Shown in pieces: positions 11,006-23,493 of a DNA stretch of 64,000 bases. The notes beneath the pieces were generated by a model. The model did no database searches, had not been told where the DNA came from, and saw only the letters and a program-made list of their open reading frames with translations. Source of the DNA: Prasinococcaceae sp. CCMP 1430 (Eukaryota > Plantae > Prasinodermophyta); the NCBI GenBank assembly GCA_013416795.1, contig RQSC01000010.1, positions 310,029 through 374,028 of the forward strand, read 5' to 3'. Made by a program: the position numbers and the translations under genes. How positions within the stretch are numbered: the stretch's first letter is position 1; each line of letters opens with the position of its first letter.

Positions 11006-12307
11006 ATGCCAGACTTTGGGCAGTGGTTATACCAGTGGTTAACGCCAATCTCTGCTCGAGCCCTAGAAAAAGCTTATCAGACAAGCAAAAAAGCTCGAGA
11101 AATACAAAAAGAATATGCCCACTATCCCAACCTACAAGCAGCAAGCAAGTTTTCACCAGAACATGCTGCAATATATATCGAGGCGACTTTAAGCCAACAT
11201 ATCTGGTGGATTACTTGCTACTTGGTCATAGTAGAAATGAACAGATGTTTGGTTCCAGATTCTTTTCTCCAACATCATAACTTTTCTTCTTCGCCTGAAG
11301 CAAACCAGCCAAACTTAGCGCAGCCTAACTTTCCACCCGGGCAAAATGACGAGATGCATAGAGAGCGCAAGCTACTATGGATAAAAACCACTTTACAAGA
11401 CTTAAAGGTCAGCAAAAGCATCGGTAAGTCAGCTTATAGGCTAGGCTTGCTTGGTATACCAGAGGTTCAAAAAGGTTTTTGGCCTCCTCAAGTGGAGAAA
11501 AAAGACACTTCAAGCACTGCCTATGAAGCTATAGGACTTGTGCCCCGTTCGATTACTCGAACATTTTCACGCTTTCAAAGCGAAGTGACCGGGCAGCTTC
11601 CTTCCCTAGTACGCCCAGAATTTCGTTTTGCGAAATACCAAGCATTGGCCTCTCTGCAATATATAGCATGTTTGGTCTTACTGCCCTGGACTGCTGGTTG
11701 GCTTTGGACACAGTGGGTTGTTCAATGGGGACCGCTGATCTGGGACACTGCTAACCATAATTTTTTTTTAACACTTTCCCAAGAAATCAGAGCACTCAAA
11801 CAGCTTGAAGCACAAGAAGCATTGATTTGGCTAGATATGCTCATTGGAGATGACTTGAATCAAAATCTAACAGCCGAGATGCACTCTAGAACCATGAATT
11901 TTTTGACTTTGTACCAGAAAGAAAGTATGCAAAATTTTGCTCATCTTAGTACTGATCTCGTGTACTTCGGGACCATTGTCACCGTTTTGTGGGTTGGACA
12001 AAAAAGGTTGGCAGTACTCAACTCCTGGGCTCAAGAACTGTTTTATAGTTTGAGTGATACTATGAAAGCTTTTTGGGTTCTTTTGCTAACCGATTTGTGT
12101 ATCGGTTTCCATTCTCCTCATGGTTGGGAAGTGTTAATAGGCTTAGTCTTCGATCACTTTGGGTTATCTCATTCCCCCCAAGTGATCTCATGTTTTGTCT
12201 CTACTTTCCCAGTCATCTTAGATACTGTATGTAAATACTGGATTTTTCGTCATCTTAATCGTATTTCTCCCTCTATAGTGGTCAGTTACCATGCTATGAA
12301 TGAATAA
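11006..12307 (+). CDS. cemA: Chloroplast envelope membrane protein, long form, intronless
   Basis: 433 aa, [47 protein letters not shown]. Confidence 0.95.
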   Translation: MPDFGQWLYQWLTPISARALEKAYQTSKKAREIQKEYAHYPNLQAASKFSPEHAAIYIEATLSQHIWWITCYLVIVEMNRCLVPDSFLQHHNFSSSPEANQPNLAQPNFPPGQNDEMHRERKLLWIKTTLQDLKVSKSIGKSAYRLGLLGIPEVQKGFWPPQVEKKDTSSTAYEAIGLVPRSITRTFSRFQSEVTGQLPSLVRPEFRFAKYQALASLQYIACLVLLPWTAGWLWTQWVVQWGPLIWDTANHNFFLTLSQEIRALKQLEAQEALIWLDMLIGDDLNQNLTAEMHSRTMNFLTLYQKESMQNFAHLSTDLVYFGTIVTVLWVGQKRLAVLNSWAQELFYSLSDTMKAFWVLLLTDLCIGFHSPHGWEVLIGLVFDHFGLSHSPQVISCFVSTFPVILDTVCKYWIFRHLNRISPSIVVSYHAMNE

Positions 12308-13256
12308 GTAAAAATTACAGATATCTGTTTATCCATTCGCTTGTGGACATTAGAAATCCGCAACCAGGCTGAGCTTTGAAAAGCTTGGCAGGCCTGCCGA
12401 GAGTGCGGCAGGAATTGCAGTTAATCCGATGAGTAGTTCAGGTTTTGCTATCGTGCGAGTCATTAAGTACAGGAGGGGCACGGTGGGCGAAGATTTCAAC
12501 CGCAGCGAGAACTACGTCAGGCTAGAGAGCAGGTTTATTAAAGTTATCTAAGCTCAGTTTCAGCAGTTGAAGTCAGAAAAGGCGAAGCCATTAAACAAAT
12601 GCAGAAGCACTACTCGCAGGTTAACCATCATCGAAGCTTATGCACGGGGGTTTATGACTGCAAGCAATCAAATAGTTTGGATCAGAAAATTTGGTTTGAT
12701 AAGCAAAACGTGTTAGATATTCCAAAGTAAAGCTTGAAATTAGATAGCAGAAAAGCAAAGGTCGTCAAAGCGGACCTCCTAGTAAGTATTTCTGTCGGCC
12801 TGATACCAAAAAGGCCGTACAGAGAGACTAGAAACAACTTAACTAGTGTAATTGTATTGTTTTTAGCACAAATCATTATGATCATGTGACTAGGAGAAAG
12901 GACTTTTTTCCGAAAAAGATCTTCTGGTTCCGGTTGGGCAGCAGGTTAAAGGACTGATTTCTTAGTCACAAAAGTAAACGTGGACCAAGAAAAAGGATGT
13001 TAGAAAGATGGAAAAAAGTTTTAGGGATTCAAATATATACTACATATTTGAGTCCCTGCTTGAATTAGATTGACTTTGGCTTGCCTAGCCAATACAGGCT
13101 AGGGTATGCTATTATCAATAGTACTAAGGAAACCAGCAAGTCCAATTGGGCTTTTCTGGTCTGGTGGCCATGGCTAGCGAAATCAGGATGTGGTGTAAAA
13201 CCTCTGATGGATAAAAAAAGCATGGCAAGCGTATTGAAGTACAGGAGGTCTTGCAA

Positions 13257-14129
13257 GTGAAACTAGCAGTCTATGGCAAGGGTGGAATTGGTAAATCTAC
13301 GACCAGTTGTAATATTTCGATTGCCTTAGCTAGGCGAGGCAAACGTGTCCTCCAAATTGGGTGTGATCCGAAGCATGACAGCACCTTTACTCTGACTGGA
13401 TTCCTGATACCTACGATCATTGATACTCTACAATCTAAAGACTATCATTACGAGGATGTTTGGCCTGAGGATGTCATCTACAAAGGTTACGGCGGGGTAG
13501 ATTGTGTAGAAGCAGGAGGACCTCCTGCTGGAGCGGGTTGCGGAGGTTATGTGGTAGGAGAAACGGTTAAACTTCTTAAGGAATTAAATGCCTTTTATGA
13601 ATATGATGTCATCTTGTTTGACGTCCTAGGTGACGTAGTGTGTGGAGGCTTTGCGGCACCCTTAAATTATGCAGACTATTGCATAATTATTACAGACAAT
13701 GGCTTTGATGCCCTCTTTGCTGCCAATCGAATTGCAGCCTCTGTTCGAGAAAAGGCCCGTACCCATCCATTGAGGTTGGCAGGTTTGGTCGGTAATCGGA
13801 CCTCTAAGCGTGACCTTATTGATAAGTATGTAGAAGCCTGTCCTATGCCTGTTTTGGAGGTTTTACCTTTAATTGAAGATATTCGAGTTTCTAGGGTTAA
13901 GGGAAAGACTCTTTTTGAAATGGCTGAGTCAGAATCTGCTTTAGACTATGTTTGTGACTTTTATTTAAATATCGCTGACCAAATTCTTGCTCAACCTGAA
14001 GGAGTAGTTCCTAAGGAAGTTCCAGATAGGGAACTATTCAGTCTACTATCTGATTTTTATTTGAACCCTACGGGCGCGCCAACTTTGCCAATTACAGAAG
14101 AAGGCTCTCTAGATTTTCTCATGGTCTAA
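13257..14129 (+). CDS. chlL: Light-independent protochlorophyllide reductase Fe protein; GTG start
   Basis: [15 protein letters not shown]; AGGAGG at 13243-13248 precedes GTG at 13257. Confidence 0.97.
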   Translation: MKLAVYGKGGIGKSTTSCNISIALARRGKRVLQIGCDPKHDSTFTLTGFLIPTIIDTLQSKDYHYEDVWPEDVIYKGYGGVDCVEAGGPPAGAGCGGYVVGETVKLLKELNAFYEYDVILFDVLGDVVCGGFAAPLNYADYCIIITDNGFDALFAANRIAASVREKARTHPLRLAGLVGNRTSKRDLIDKYVEACPMPVLEVLPLIEDIRVSRVKGKTLFEMAESESALDYVCDFYLNIADQILAQPEGVVPKEVPDRELFSLLSDFYLNPTGAPTLPITEEGSLDFLMV

Positions 14130-14199
14130 AAAGCTCTAACTGCTTCAGGGCTGGGTGGGTTTTTCAGCCCTTCCAGCCCTCCAAAGGTCTTTTCGTTAA

Positions 14200-15627
<1,428 letters not shown>

Positions 15628-15907
15628 AATAGACCCCTCTTAATGGTTTTAGTCAATCTTACTGGGCTCCCTGGAGCCCCCATACAAACCACTTGCTTTT
15701 CAAATCAAAGGTTGGTAGAATATATTCGCTTGTAGCAGTTGAAATCGTCCATAAATCCATCTTTTTTCCTCTTTACTTACTGACTTATTCTAGCTACACT
15801 AAGGGTGGATAGATGCAGAAATAAATAGATAGATTTCTCAAGTAGTCAAGAATGATTACCAAGTTCACTATTTTTCATTGTTAGTTATTAACTTAGGAGT
15901 TAGTATT

Positions 15908-18900
15908 ATGACCTCAAATCTTCTTCCCGCTCACGCGCTACTTGGGATAGTTGAAGCCATTAGAATCGCTTTGCTTGGTCTTTATAGTGGAATACTTACC
16001 ATTTTTATCTTTGGTCCTGCTCAACTAGCTCTGATGCGCTGTATATTACTCGAGGATCTGCAAGTAAATAATACATTTCCGCTTTCTTTACGCGGTTATT
16101 CGTTTTCCATCAATAGGTTTCTGGCCTCATCGGTACTAGGGATCACGGCGGGTCATGCATGTATGTTGCTGGCCACTTATTATCCGGTGTTGCAAACAGT
16201 GATGTTTCGGCCCTTGTTTCTGGCCCTTTTATTTGTGCCTTATCTGCGCTTCTATTGGCGTCGAGTGCAGCAAACTTTAAGACCAAATTTTGCAGAAGAA
16301 ACCACAGGGCAACTCTTCTTAGAAAGCCTGTTTTTACAGCTCATTAACCCCTTGGTCTTCAGCGGATCTGCAGCCTTGGCCAAACTTACGACCTTGTTTA
16401 TGTTCCGTCATAGTCAGCAGCCCATCTTTCTCTTTGGCAATGCCATAGGCTATTTAGGAGCCCATGTAGCTCTGGTAGTAATAAGCCCATGGTTATTCAG
16501 AACACTAGAAAAATATTTTCCAAAAACTGTATCTATCAATAAACAACGTTTTGAATCTTGGTTTGGGGTAATAACCTTAATGACTATTGTGGCAGTCATG
16601 TACAGAGCACCTTGGCCATTTGCAAGCAAAAATTTATTTTCTTCAGAAACCCAAACCTGGTACAAGAAGCCATGGCCTGATCTTTTTTATGACCGCCGAA
16701 TTCCTATGTCTCATACTCGGACTCATACTTCTTATCTACCAGAAGAAGACCAGTCAAATTTACCATATTATATATTGCGTGAAATTAAACTTCCTCTTCC
16801 AGTGACACCTTCGGTTAAAAGTTTTGTAACACGTGAATGGTTACTTATCTGCTTAAAGGATATTCAAACATACGCAACAGAGATAAAAACTAAAGGAATT
16901 CTGAGCACAACCGAGGAAATGATACAAGAAAAAAGGGAGATAGCGGAACAGATAGTAAAAGAAAGAAAGGAAGCTAGGAAGAAAGCGCAAATAGCAAGGC
17001 AACAGAAAAAGGAAAAGAAGAAAGAGAAAAAGAAAGAGCTACCGAAAAAAGATGCTATTCCGAAAAATTCTGACATATTGCGTGGCTTCTTCGTAGATCC
17101 AATTAAGCCGCATGGTGTTTCTGATCTTTTTTTTGATTCTGTTTTTACACAAGCACTGCCTAAGCTCCATTACCATCAAATATCTGGATTAGCGCTTGTA
17201 CGTAGAGATATATTGAATTTAATAAGAGCGCCGAAAGCTTTCGTGTCTCTAAAGATAGGAAAATCGCTTGCAAAAACAAATGAACTTCAATCTGAATCTT
17301 TTCTGGACAAAAACAAGCAGTCTCATCTTCAAAAGCCCCAAAAGCTTTTAGGCCAAATGCTAGTCTCCAAACCAGACCATGCAAAAACAGAAAACGTTCT
17401 ACATCAAGGGCTAGAGCTACGGCAAGGATGGCTGGAAACCAGAGCTCACAATCTTGCTAAATTAAAAAGATATATGGGACACAGACTCTGGCTTTTAGAT
17501 CATAAACCATCTATAGATCGAAGGCATGACCTCAATATTCGAGGCAAACGCCTAGCCTCTTGGGGCTGGATGCAAAAATCTTTGTCCAACAACTTACGCG
17601 ATACCATAGCAGCAGACCCTTCTCCAGAATCACTTGCAAATCAGTTTGAGGAACAAAAACAAGAAGCACTTTTACTTACTAAAGCTGAGCTTTTAAATCG
17701 CTTTTTTCAGACTCGCGCTGTCAAAGAAAGGGATAACAAACCTCCCTTTTTAAAATTCGCAACCAATATCGCTCATCTCTTTTCTACCTTCAAGCTGGGA
17801 AGATGGAAAAATCATTTTTATGGAAATGCGCTGCACGCACAAGTCCATAAGTGGAGCCAGAGTTCGTTCTTCGAGCCCAAGCCGTTCAAATACAAAAGAA
17901 GATATACAGGGAATTTTCTCGAAAAGCTAGAAAAATCTTTGCAGCCGCTCGACAATCCTAGAAAGACGACTTTGGATTTTGACTCGTTGTTAACAGTGAA
18001 ACAATTGAACGAAGAAAGCTCTCAAGAACGTGAAGATCAAATGCCAGCCAATCACTTGATCGCAATGACCAAAACACAAAACCATCAGCATGATTTAAAT
18101 TCCTTCACACCAGAGGATCCCCGTGGTGGGCTCGAGTATTCTGATCGGTTCTTAGGTTTTGAATATAAACCCATCCATCCTACAAGCTCTGTTCCCAGAA
18201 GTTTGAGAACAGAAGTAGATAGTCAGGCTAGATCCCGATATGAAGGCTTTTTGTTGCCAATATTTGAAAAAGAGGATCCTCGTCTGACTTCCAATCTTAA
18301 ACAGACACATACAGAGTTATTCAAATCCAATTGGATGCCTCGCTATCTACAAAAAACTGATTTGCAGTTTTTAAAAACCTTAGCATGGAACCCGGCACTT
18401 GAGCATAATCCATTATTCCAATGGTTACTTTCTTGTCCTGAAACTGTTCCGCATATTGAAATCCTAAAACAACAAGCTTTAAAGTGCTTAGAAGAAAAAG
18501 AGCTCCAGAAGCAAAAACAAGATGTATGGCGAGTCGATTGGAAGGGTGTACGTAAAGCTCTAAAATTTTTAGAAAAGTCCAGAGTACCAAAAAGCTATAT
18601 AGAAAAGAAAGAAATACCAATAGAATTCGCAGAAAAGTACCTGCGAATTACAAATACAGAAAACACCCGAGGCGTAAAAAAGCAAAAGCAGAGAACAGAA
18701 CAGAAGCGGAGAGAAGAACAGAAGCGGAGAGAAGAGCAGGAGCAAAGAGAAGAGCAGGAGCAGAGAGAAGAGCAGGAGCAGAGAGAAGAGCAAAAGCAGA
18801 GAGAAGAGCAGAAGCAAAGAGAAAGACAAACAACGCAGAGGGAAATAGAAATACAGAAAAAGCAGTCCCCGCAAATAGATATGACTAAGCGGGCGGGGCA

Positions 18901-21900
18901 CACACCTTTATCAATCATAGTCTCACCACAGGAAAAAGCAAAAAAAACTTTCTACATTAGAAACCTAGAGCGAGAGATATACGAGCTAAAACGACACACA
19001 TTGATGCGGTGGCTATGGAACTGTATCCCCGCTATTCCACATGCTCTCAAAGAAGGTGTTCATAATTTAGCTTATTTTTGCTCTCCTCTAATCAGATTAC
19101 AAGCTGAACTGGATCGAAAGACAGCCAATTTGATCAGAGAAATACCGTTATTCAGCCTACGTCTATTTCGCCATGATTTAGATTACAAGCAAATTTACCG
19201 ATATCTGTTCGATCCCAATCACCTGCTAGAAGTACAGGAGTACTTCTTGAACCTTGCTTATCAAAGACGGAAGATCAGACCTACACCTACTAGGTTATTG
19301 CACATAGAACCGGGAGTGTCTCAAGGAAATCTACATGAGTGGGGCAGACCATTTTTCATGCAGGTGGTAAGGATGGTAAAAGAGTGGTGTTTACAGATGT
19401 ATGAGTATTTCTACAGAAGGTTGCTGCTCTTCAAACTGTCTGTATCCCTAGAAAACGATAAAGAAACCCAGCAGGAACTTAAGAACAAAATTAGGGAAAC
19501 TTGGAGCAAATACGCAGGAAAAAATGATGATATAGGCTCAAATAAAATACCAACAGATGAGGCGTTAACGAAAGAGCTGGAGGGAGCGCCAAGAATACCC
19601 ATAGGCCTCTATTCAAGGGTCACAACCTATTGTTCGATGTTTGTGCGGATGATATTCAGACCAGTATACCAAAAAGTACGGATTTATATAAAAGCACTAG
19701 CTCGTGTATTTTTAGGACTGCCTTCAGAATTAGTAGAAGACTTGGCAGCACTCCAAGCAGAAAGCTATTCTTTTGCTAAAACATTTGGGACAGACTGGGA
19801 ACAGAAACTACCCAAGAAATGGTACAAAGATGGATTTCGCGTGCAAGTAACCACACCTCTGCGTCTGGTTCCGTTACGTGAATTTGACACAAAGCATTAT
19901 CCGCGTTACCACCATGTATATTTAGATTACACATGCACAGAAAGAATCAATCCGGGCTATACTGAAAAAGCAAAAATTCCTCCTTTTTGGAAACCGCTCA
20001 AAAAAGCATGCCAAGACCGAATTAAGGCTATTGTATTTGAAGAAGTAAAACCCTTGATTTTGCTCGGTCAAGAGTTCAGGAATGCCATTAGTGACACCAC
20101 GACCCAGCTGCAAAAATCGAATGAGCTGAGACGGTCTATTGAAGCTACACCGACAGGAGCTTCCAAAACTAAGTTAATTCCTAAAGTGGTAACCACAGAG
20201 GTTCCGTTGAATGCGACGCAGGTGGATATTGCTGCACGTCCTATCAAGACAGAAGACAAGGATAGACAATCTAAGTCTCCAGTAGAACAAGAAAGGCTTT
20301 CTAGCAGGAAGGGCTATAACTTAGAATGCTCGCCAGCCTCACAAGAAGCCAGAGAAAAATTCCAGAGGATGAGCCAAGAACCTCTATTTATTTTAAGGTC
20401 TAGACTAGAGAAGTGGAGGACTCAAAGCAAGCGGAAAACCGCGAGTAAAATGAGGCCAAAGTTACGTTTAGTCTCAGTACATTCTCATTGGGCTCTTCAG
20501 TACCGACAAATTCAGCTGCAAGCAAAATGGTTGAAATATCTTGCTACACTCCGTTTGGTTCCTAAAAAAGCACAGGCGGCTGTTTTTCGAGCAAGCATGC
20601 ACTTGATGCATTTACAAGAACGCCAAAAATTCAGACAAAGATATAAAGAGGCAGTAAGAAGAGACAAATTGAGACCTAACAGGCTATCCGAAGAATACAT
20701 CGAGCACTACATTCGAATGCGTGTTTGGCAAGCTGCTAAAGTGAAACCACAGTCAGTGAAGCTTGTCACTGACTTAGACTCTGAGTTTTGCTTCAACACA
20801 TCTACTTCAGAGTATTCTCAATTAGCACAAGATCAAGCTTTTTCTATCAAGCAGCTAGATCGAAGCACAAGAACTGACCACTTACCTTTCCCAAAAGAGT
20901 GGTTAAAACATATGCCTCAATACGACTGCCCAGACACTGTGTGGCCATTTATCTCTCCAAAATCATGGAAACGATCATCCGAAGAAGAGCTTTCAGACGT
21001 AAAAGAAGAGATTAGATGGTTAGTTTTACAAGATCTCTTTACATCTGCAAGACTTTTTTGCAAACGAAATAAAATGCGTGTTTTAGCCAATCAATGTATG
21101 CGTTTTTCATCAAACAATATTGAGGAAAACCAGACACAGTTTATTGAAAAAAGGCTTTTAGAACACTTTCAAACAGAAAACAACTTACAAATGGGCCAAG
21201 AACTGCTTCAGGAGTTTGAACTAGACTTGTATAAGGAAGAAGAACAAAAAGAAGAAGAACAACAAAAAGAAGAAGAACAACAAAAAGAAGAAGAACAACA
21301 AAAAGAAAAGACCAAAGAGAACGAAAAGACAAATGAAGAAGAGGAGGAAAAGGAATACGAAGACGAGGAAGACGAAGAAGCATATGAGTACGAAGACGAG
21401 GACAGGTACGAAGAAGAGGATGAGTATGCGGAGGATGACGAAGAGATACTTGGTCAAACACCGCCGTTATGGCCCCGAGCTAATTTAGAGATAGAACCAG
21501 CAGACGAGCCTTTATTCTCCATATTTAGTTCACGCGCATACAGGGAAACAACAGAGCACGCTTATACGACGCTAATCAAGGACTCTGCTGATAGGATACT
21601 TTTTTCTGAGCTAAACGGTCTATTTAATTGGTTAGAAGCAAATTATGAGTCTCATTTGGAATTAAACGAGAAGTTCGTGTCTTCTATAGGAACATTAAAA
21701 AACTCTCGGAGTGATATATGGCTGATTTGGAAAGACTTAGAATGGACTGTGGCACAGAGAAAGCTAGTAATAGAATACATGACAGATCGTATCTTTTCTC
21801 CCTTTTCTCTGAGTCGCAAAAAATGGAGTGAGAATTTCGAGATCCAGCCCCAGCTACCTGGGCGTGTGCTGTATACAACACCCAAAATGTGGGACGAAAA

Positions 21901-22321
21901 TCTCACTATTCACTCCATGATTCGTCCTTTGCTAGAGTTAAGAAGTGGCTGTCAGATCGCTTTGAATTTTCTTCCAAGGGGGTGGGGTTTTAGCTATCTT
22001 CAAAGGCCTTTTCAGCTAAAAGTAGAAAACATGCTTTCTTCTGACGATCTTTGTAGTTTAAGAGCTTTAGAATATTTGAGATTGCCAAAAGACAAAGCCA
22101 CTATGGGCAAAACCCAGTCTTTTAGGAACACCTATACCCAAGACAGAAAGCTAGATGATTCTTTAGTTAAGCAACATCTTGAGAAAGAAAAGTACGTTCG
22201 ATATTTACTTTGGCCAACTTCTCGAATGGAAGATTTAGCATGTATGAATAGATTTTGGTTTGGTGTGGCTGACGGAGCGCGGAATGGGATTCTGAAAATT
22301 CGAATGTACCGACCCTTCTAA
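15908..22321 (+). CDS. ycf1: Ycf1 (Tic214-like), about 2137 aa, highly divergent
   Basis: Hydrophobic N-terminus; C-terminal EDLACMNRFWF...IRMY motif; conserved chlL-chlN-ycf1 order; AGGAG before ATG 15908. Confidence 0.88.
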   Translation: MTSNLLPAHALLGIVEAIRIALLGLYSGILTIFIFGPAQLALMRCILLEDLQVNNTFPLSLRGYSFSINRFLASSVLGITAGHACMLLATYYPVLQTVMFRPLFLALLFVPYLRFYWRRVQQTLRPNFAEETTGQLFLESLFLQLINPLVFSGSAALAKLTTLFMFRHSQQPIFLFGNAIGYLGAHVALVVISPWLFRTLEKYFPKTVSINKQRFESWFGVITLMTIVAVMYRAPWPFASKNLFSSETQTWYKKPWPDLFYDRRIPMSHTRTHTSYLPEEDQSNLPYYILREIKLPLPVTPSVKSFVTREWLLICLKDIQTYATEIKTKGILSTTEEMIQEKREIAEQIVKERKEARKKAQIARQQKKEKKKEKKKELPKKDAIPKNSDILRGFFVDPIKPHGVSDLFFDSVFTQALPKLHYHQISGLALVRRDILNLIRAPKAFVSLKIGKSLAKTNELQSESFLDKNKQSHLQKPQKLLGQMLVSKPDHAKTENVLHQGLELRQGWLETRAHNLAKLKRYMGHRLWLLDHKPSIDRRHDLNIRGKRLASWGWMQKSLSNNLRDTIAADPSPESLANQFEEQKQEALLLTKAELLNRFFQTRAVKERDNKPPFLKFATNIAHLFSTFKLGRWKNHFYGNALHAQVHKWSQSSFFEPKPFKYKRRYTGNFLEKLEKSLQPLDNPRKTTLDFDSLLTVKQLNEESSQEREDQMPANHLIAMTKTQNHQHDLNSFTPEDPRGGLEYSDRFLGFEYKPIHPTSSVPRSLRTEVDSQARSRYEGFLLPIFEKEDPRLTSNLKQTHTELFKSNWMPRYLQKTDLQFLKTLAWNPALEHNPLFQWLLSCPETVPHIEILKQQALKCLEEKELQKQKQDVWRVDWKGVRKALKFLEKSRVPKSYIEKKEIPIEFAEKYLRITNTENTRGVKKQKQRTEQKRREEQKRREEQEQREEQEQREEQEQREEQKQREEQKQRERQTTQREIEIQKKQSPQIDMTKRAGHTPLSIIVSPQEKAKKTFYIRNLEREIYELKRHTLMRWLWNCIPAIPHALKEGVHNLAYFCSPLIRLQAELDRKTANLIREIPLFSLRLFRHDLDYKQIYRYLFDPNHLLEVQEYFLNLAYQRRKIRPTPTRLLHIEPGVSQGNLHEWGRPFFMQVVRMVKEWCLQMYEYFYRRLLLFKLSVSLENDKETQQELKNKIRETWSKYAGKNDDIGSNKIPTDEALTKELEGAPRIPIGLYSRVTTYCSMFVRMIFRPVYQKVRIYIKALARVFLGLPSELVEDLAALQAESYSFAKTFGTDWEQKLPKKWYKDGFRVQVTTPLRLVPLREFDTKHYPRYHHVYLDYTCTERINPGYTEKAKIPPFWKPLKKACQDRIKAIVFEEVKPLILLGQEFRNAISDTTTQLQKSNELRRSIEATPTGASKTKLIPKVVTTEVPLNATQVDIAARPIKTEDKDRQSKSPVEQERLSSRKGYNLECSPASQEAREKFQRMSQEPLFILRSRLEKWRTQSKRKTASKMRPKLRLVSVHSHWALQYRQIQLQAKWLKYLATLRLVPKKAQAAVFRASMHLMHLQERQKFRQRYKEAVRRDKLRPNRLSEEYIEHYIRMRVWQAAKVKPQSVKLVTDLDSEFCFNTSTSEYSQLAQDQAFSIKQLDRSTRTDHLPFPKEWLKHMPQYDCPDTVWPFISPKSWKRSSEEELSDVKEEIRWLVLQDLFTSARLFCKRNKMRVLANQCMRFSSNNIEENQTQFIEKRLLEHFQTENNLQMGQELLQEFELDLYKEEEQKEEEQQKEEEQQKEEEQQKEKTKENEKTNEEEEEKEYEDEEDEEAYEYEDEDRYEEEDEYAEDDEEILGQTPPLWPRANLEIEPADEPLFSIFSSRAYRETTEHAYTTLIKDSADRILFSELNGLFNWLEANYESHLELNEKFVSSIGTLKNSRSDIWLIWKDLEWTVAQRKLVIEYMTDRIFSPFSLSRKKWSENFEIQPQLPGRVLYTTPKMWDENLTIHSMIRPLLELRSGCQIALNFLPRGWGFSYLQRPFQLKVENMLSSDDLCSLRALEYLRLPKDKATMGKTQSFRNTYTQDRKLDDSLVKQHLEKEKYVRYLLWPTSRMEDLACMNRFWFGVADGARNGILKIRMYRPF
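18698..18823 (+). repeat. Seven in-frame 18-bp units encoding EQ(K/E)(R/Q)RE inside ycf1
   Basis: GARCARRAGCRRAGAGAA x7 read directly. Confidence 0.92.
21236..21304 (+). repeat. In-frame EEEQ(Q)K repeats (three exact 18-bp units plus one 15-bp unit), followed by an acidic tract
   Basis: GAAGAAGAACAACAAAAA x3 at 21251-21304. Confidence 0.9.
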
Positions 22322-22690
22322 AATTTAACATTACCGGAATGTGTTGAAGCAAAGTTAAAAAAACCTTCGCTTGCTGACTAAGTCTGCTTAGTCTCTCCAT
22401 AAAAAAAGTTTCAGCTTAGCTGATCTGTTTATCAGGAGCAAAAAAAAGCAGAGAGCCCTTGAAATCAGAGGCTCTCTGCAGTAACTGCCTTGCCAATAGC
22501 AAGACAGAAACGGAAGCGGAATAATGGATTACCTTGCTGGACTACAGGCAGTGCAGTTATACTTGTGAAGCAATGGAGATACTCTTGGTATTACACTATA
22601 TTAGAAGGCAGAGAGCATCGGAAAGCCTAAAGAGCTCGTTTCTTGGCTAAAACTACTTGCCCTGCATTAGCATTACACACGGAGCCAACC

Positions 22691-22942
22691 ATGTCTGGGA
22701 ATACAGGAGAGCGCCCTTTTGCCGACATCATTACTAGTATTCGTTACTGGGTAATTCATAGCATCACGATCCCCTCGTTGTTTATTGCAGGTTGGTTGTT
22801 TGTCAGCACTGGTCTAGCATATGACGTTTTTGGAAGCCCTCGGCCTAACGAGTATTTTACGGAGAGCCGGCAGGAGATTCCTCTGGTTACTGGGCGCTTT
22901 AATTCTCTGGAACAAGTAGATGAATTCACCAGATCCCTATAG
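22691..22942 (+). CDS. psbE: Cytochrome b559 alpha
   Basis: [28 protein letters not shown], 83 aa. Confidence 0.98.
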   Translation: MSGNTGERPFADIITSIRYWVIHSITIPSLFIAGWLFVSTGLAYDVFGSPRPNEYFTESRQEIPLVTGRFNSLEQVDEFTRSL

Positions 22943-22947
22943 AATAA

Positions 22948-23100
<153 letters not shown>

Positions 23101-23130
23101 GCAAGTTAACTTCCCAACTCACTAATTATC

Positions 23131-23247
23131 ATGACACAGCCAAACCCAAATAAACAAAGCGTAGAACTCAACCGGACCAGCCTTTTTTGGGGTCTTCTCC
23201 TAATCTTTGTCCTTGCCGTGTTGTTTTCTAGTTACTTTTTCAATTAG
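23131..23247 (+). CDS. psbL: Photosystem II protein L, 38 aa
   Basis: [38 protein letters not shown]. Confidence 0.97.
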   Translation: MTQPNPNKQSVELNRTSLFWGLLLIFVLAVLFSSYFFN

Positions 23248-23364
23248 CCTCAGCCAAAGTCTGGCTATCTATGGGACTTTGGCGTGACGCGTAATCCAAG
23301 CTGTCTGCGACTGCCTTTGCCCTCAGTCAGGGCCCCGAAGACCCAATTGAATGGAGCGGAACAC

Positions 23365-23493
23365 ATGTCCAACGTTGGAACTACAGGCAGAATCCCCTTG
23401 TGGCTGATAGGAACCGTAGCAGGTCTGGCTGTTTTGGTGGTTGTCGGTCTTTTTTTCTATGGTGCTTATTCTGGTTTAGGCTCTTCTCTGTAA
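23365..23493 (+). CDS. psbJ: Photosystem II protein J, 42 aa
   Basis: [15 protein letters not shown]...[13 protein letters not shown]. Confidence 0.97.
   Translation: MSNVGTTGRIPLWLIGTVAGLAVLVVVGLFFYGAYSGLGSSL

Noticed and set aside
12380-12680. RNase P RNA, tmRNA, group I intron or rRNA fragment
   Set aside because: Only isolated short resemblances (GAGAGTGC, AATCCGCA). GAGGAAAGTCC, tRNA-like ends, R/S elements and sustained rRNA identity are absent. Kept only as an unexplained region.
23131-23133. Need for C-to-U editing at start codons (psbL, ndhD, rpl2)
   Set aside because: All have genomic ATG; no internal stops were seen in the conserved genes.
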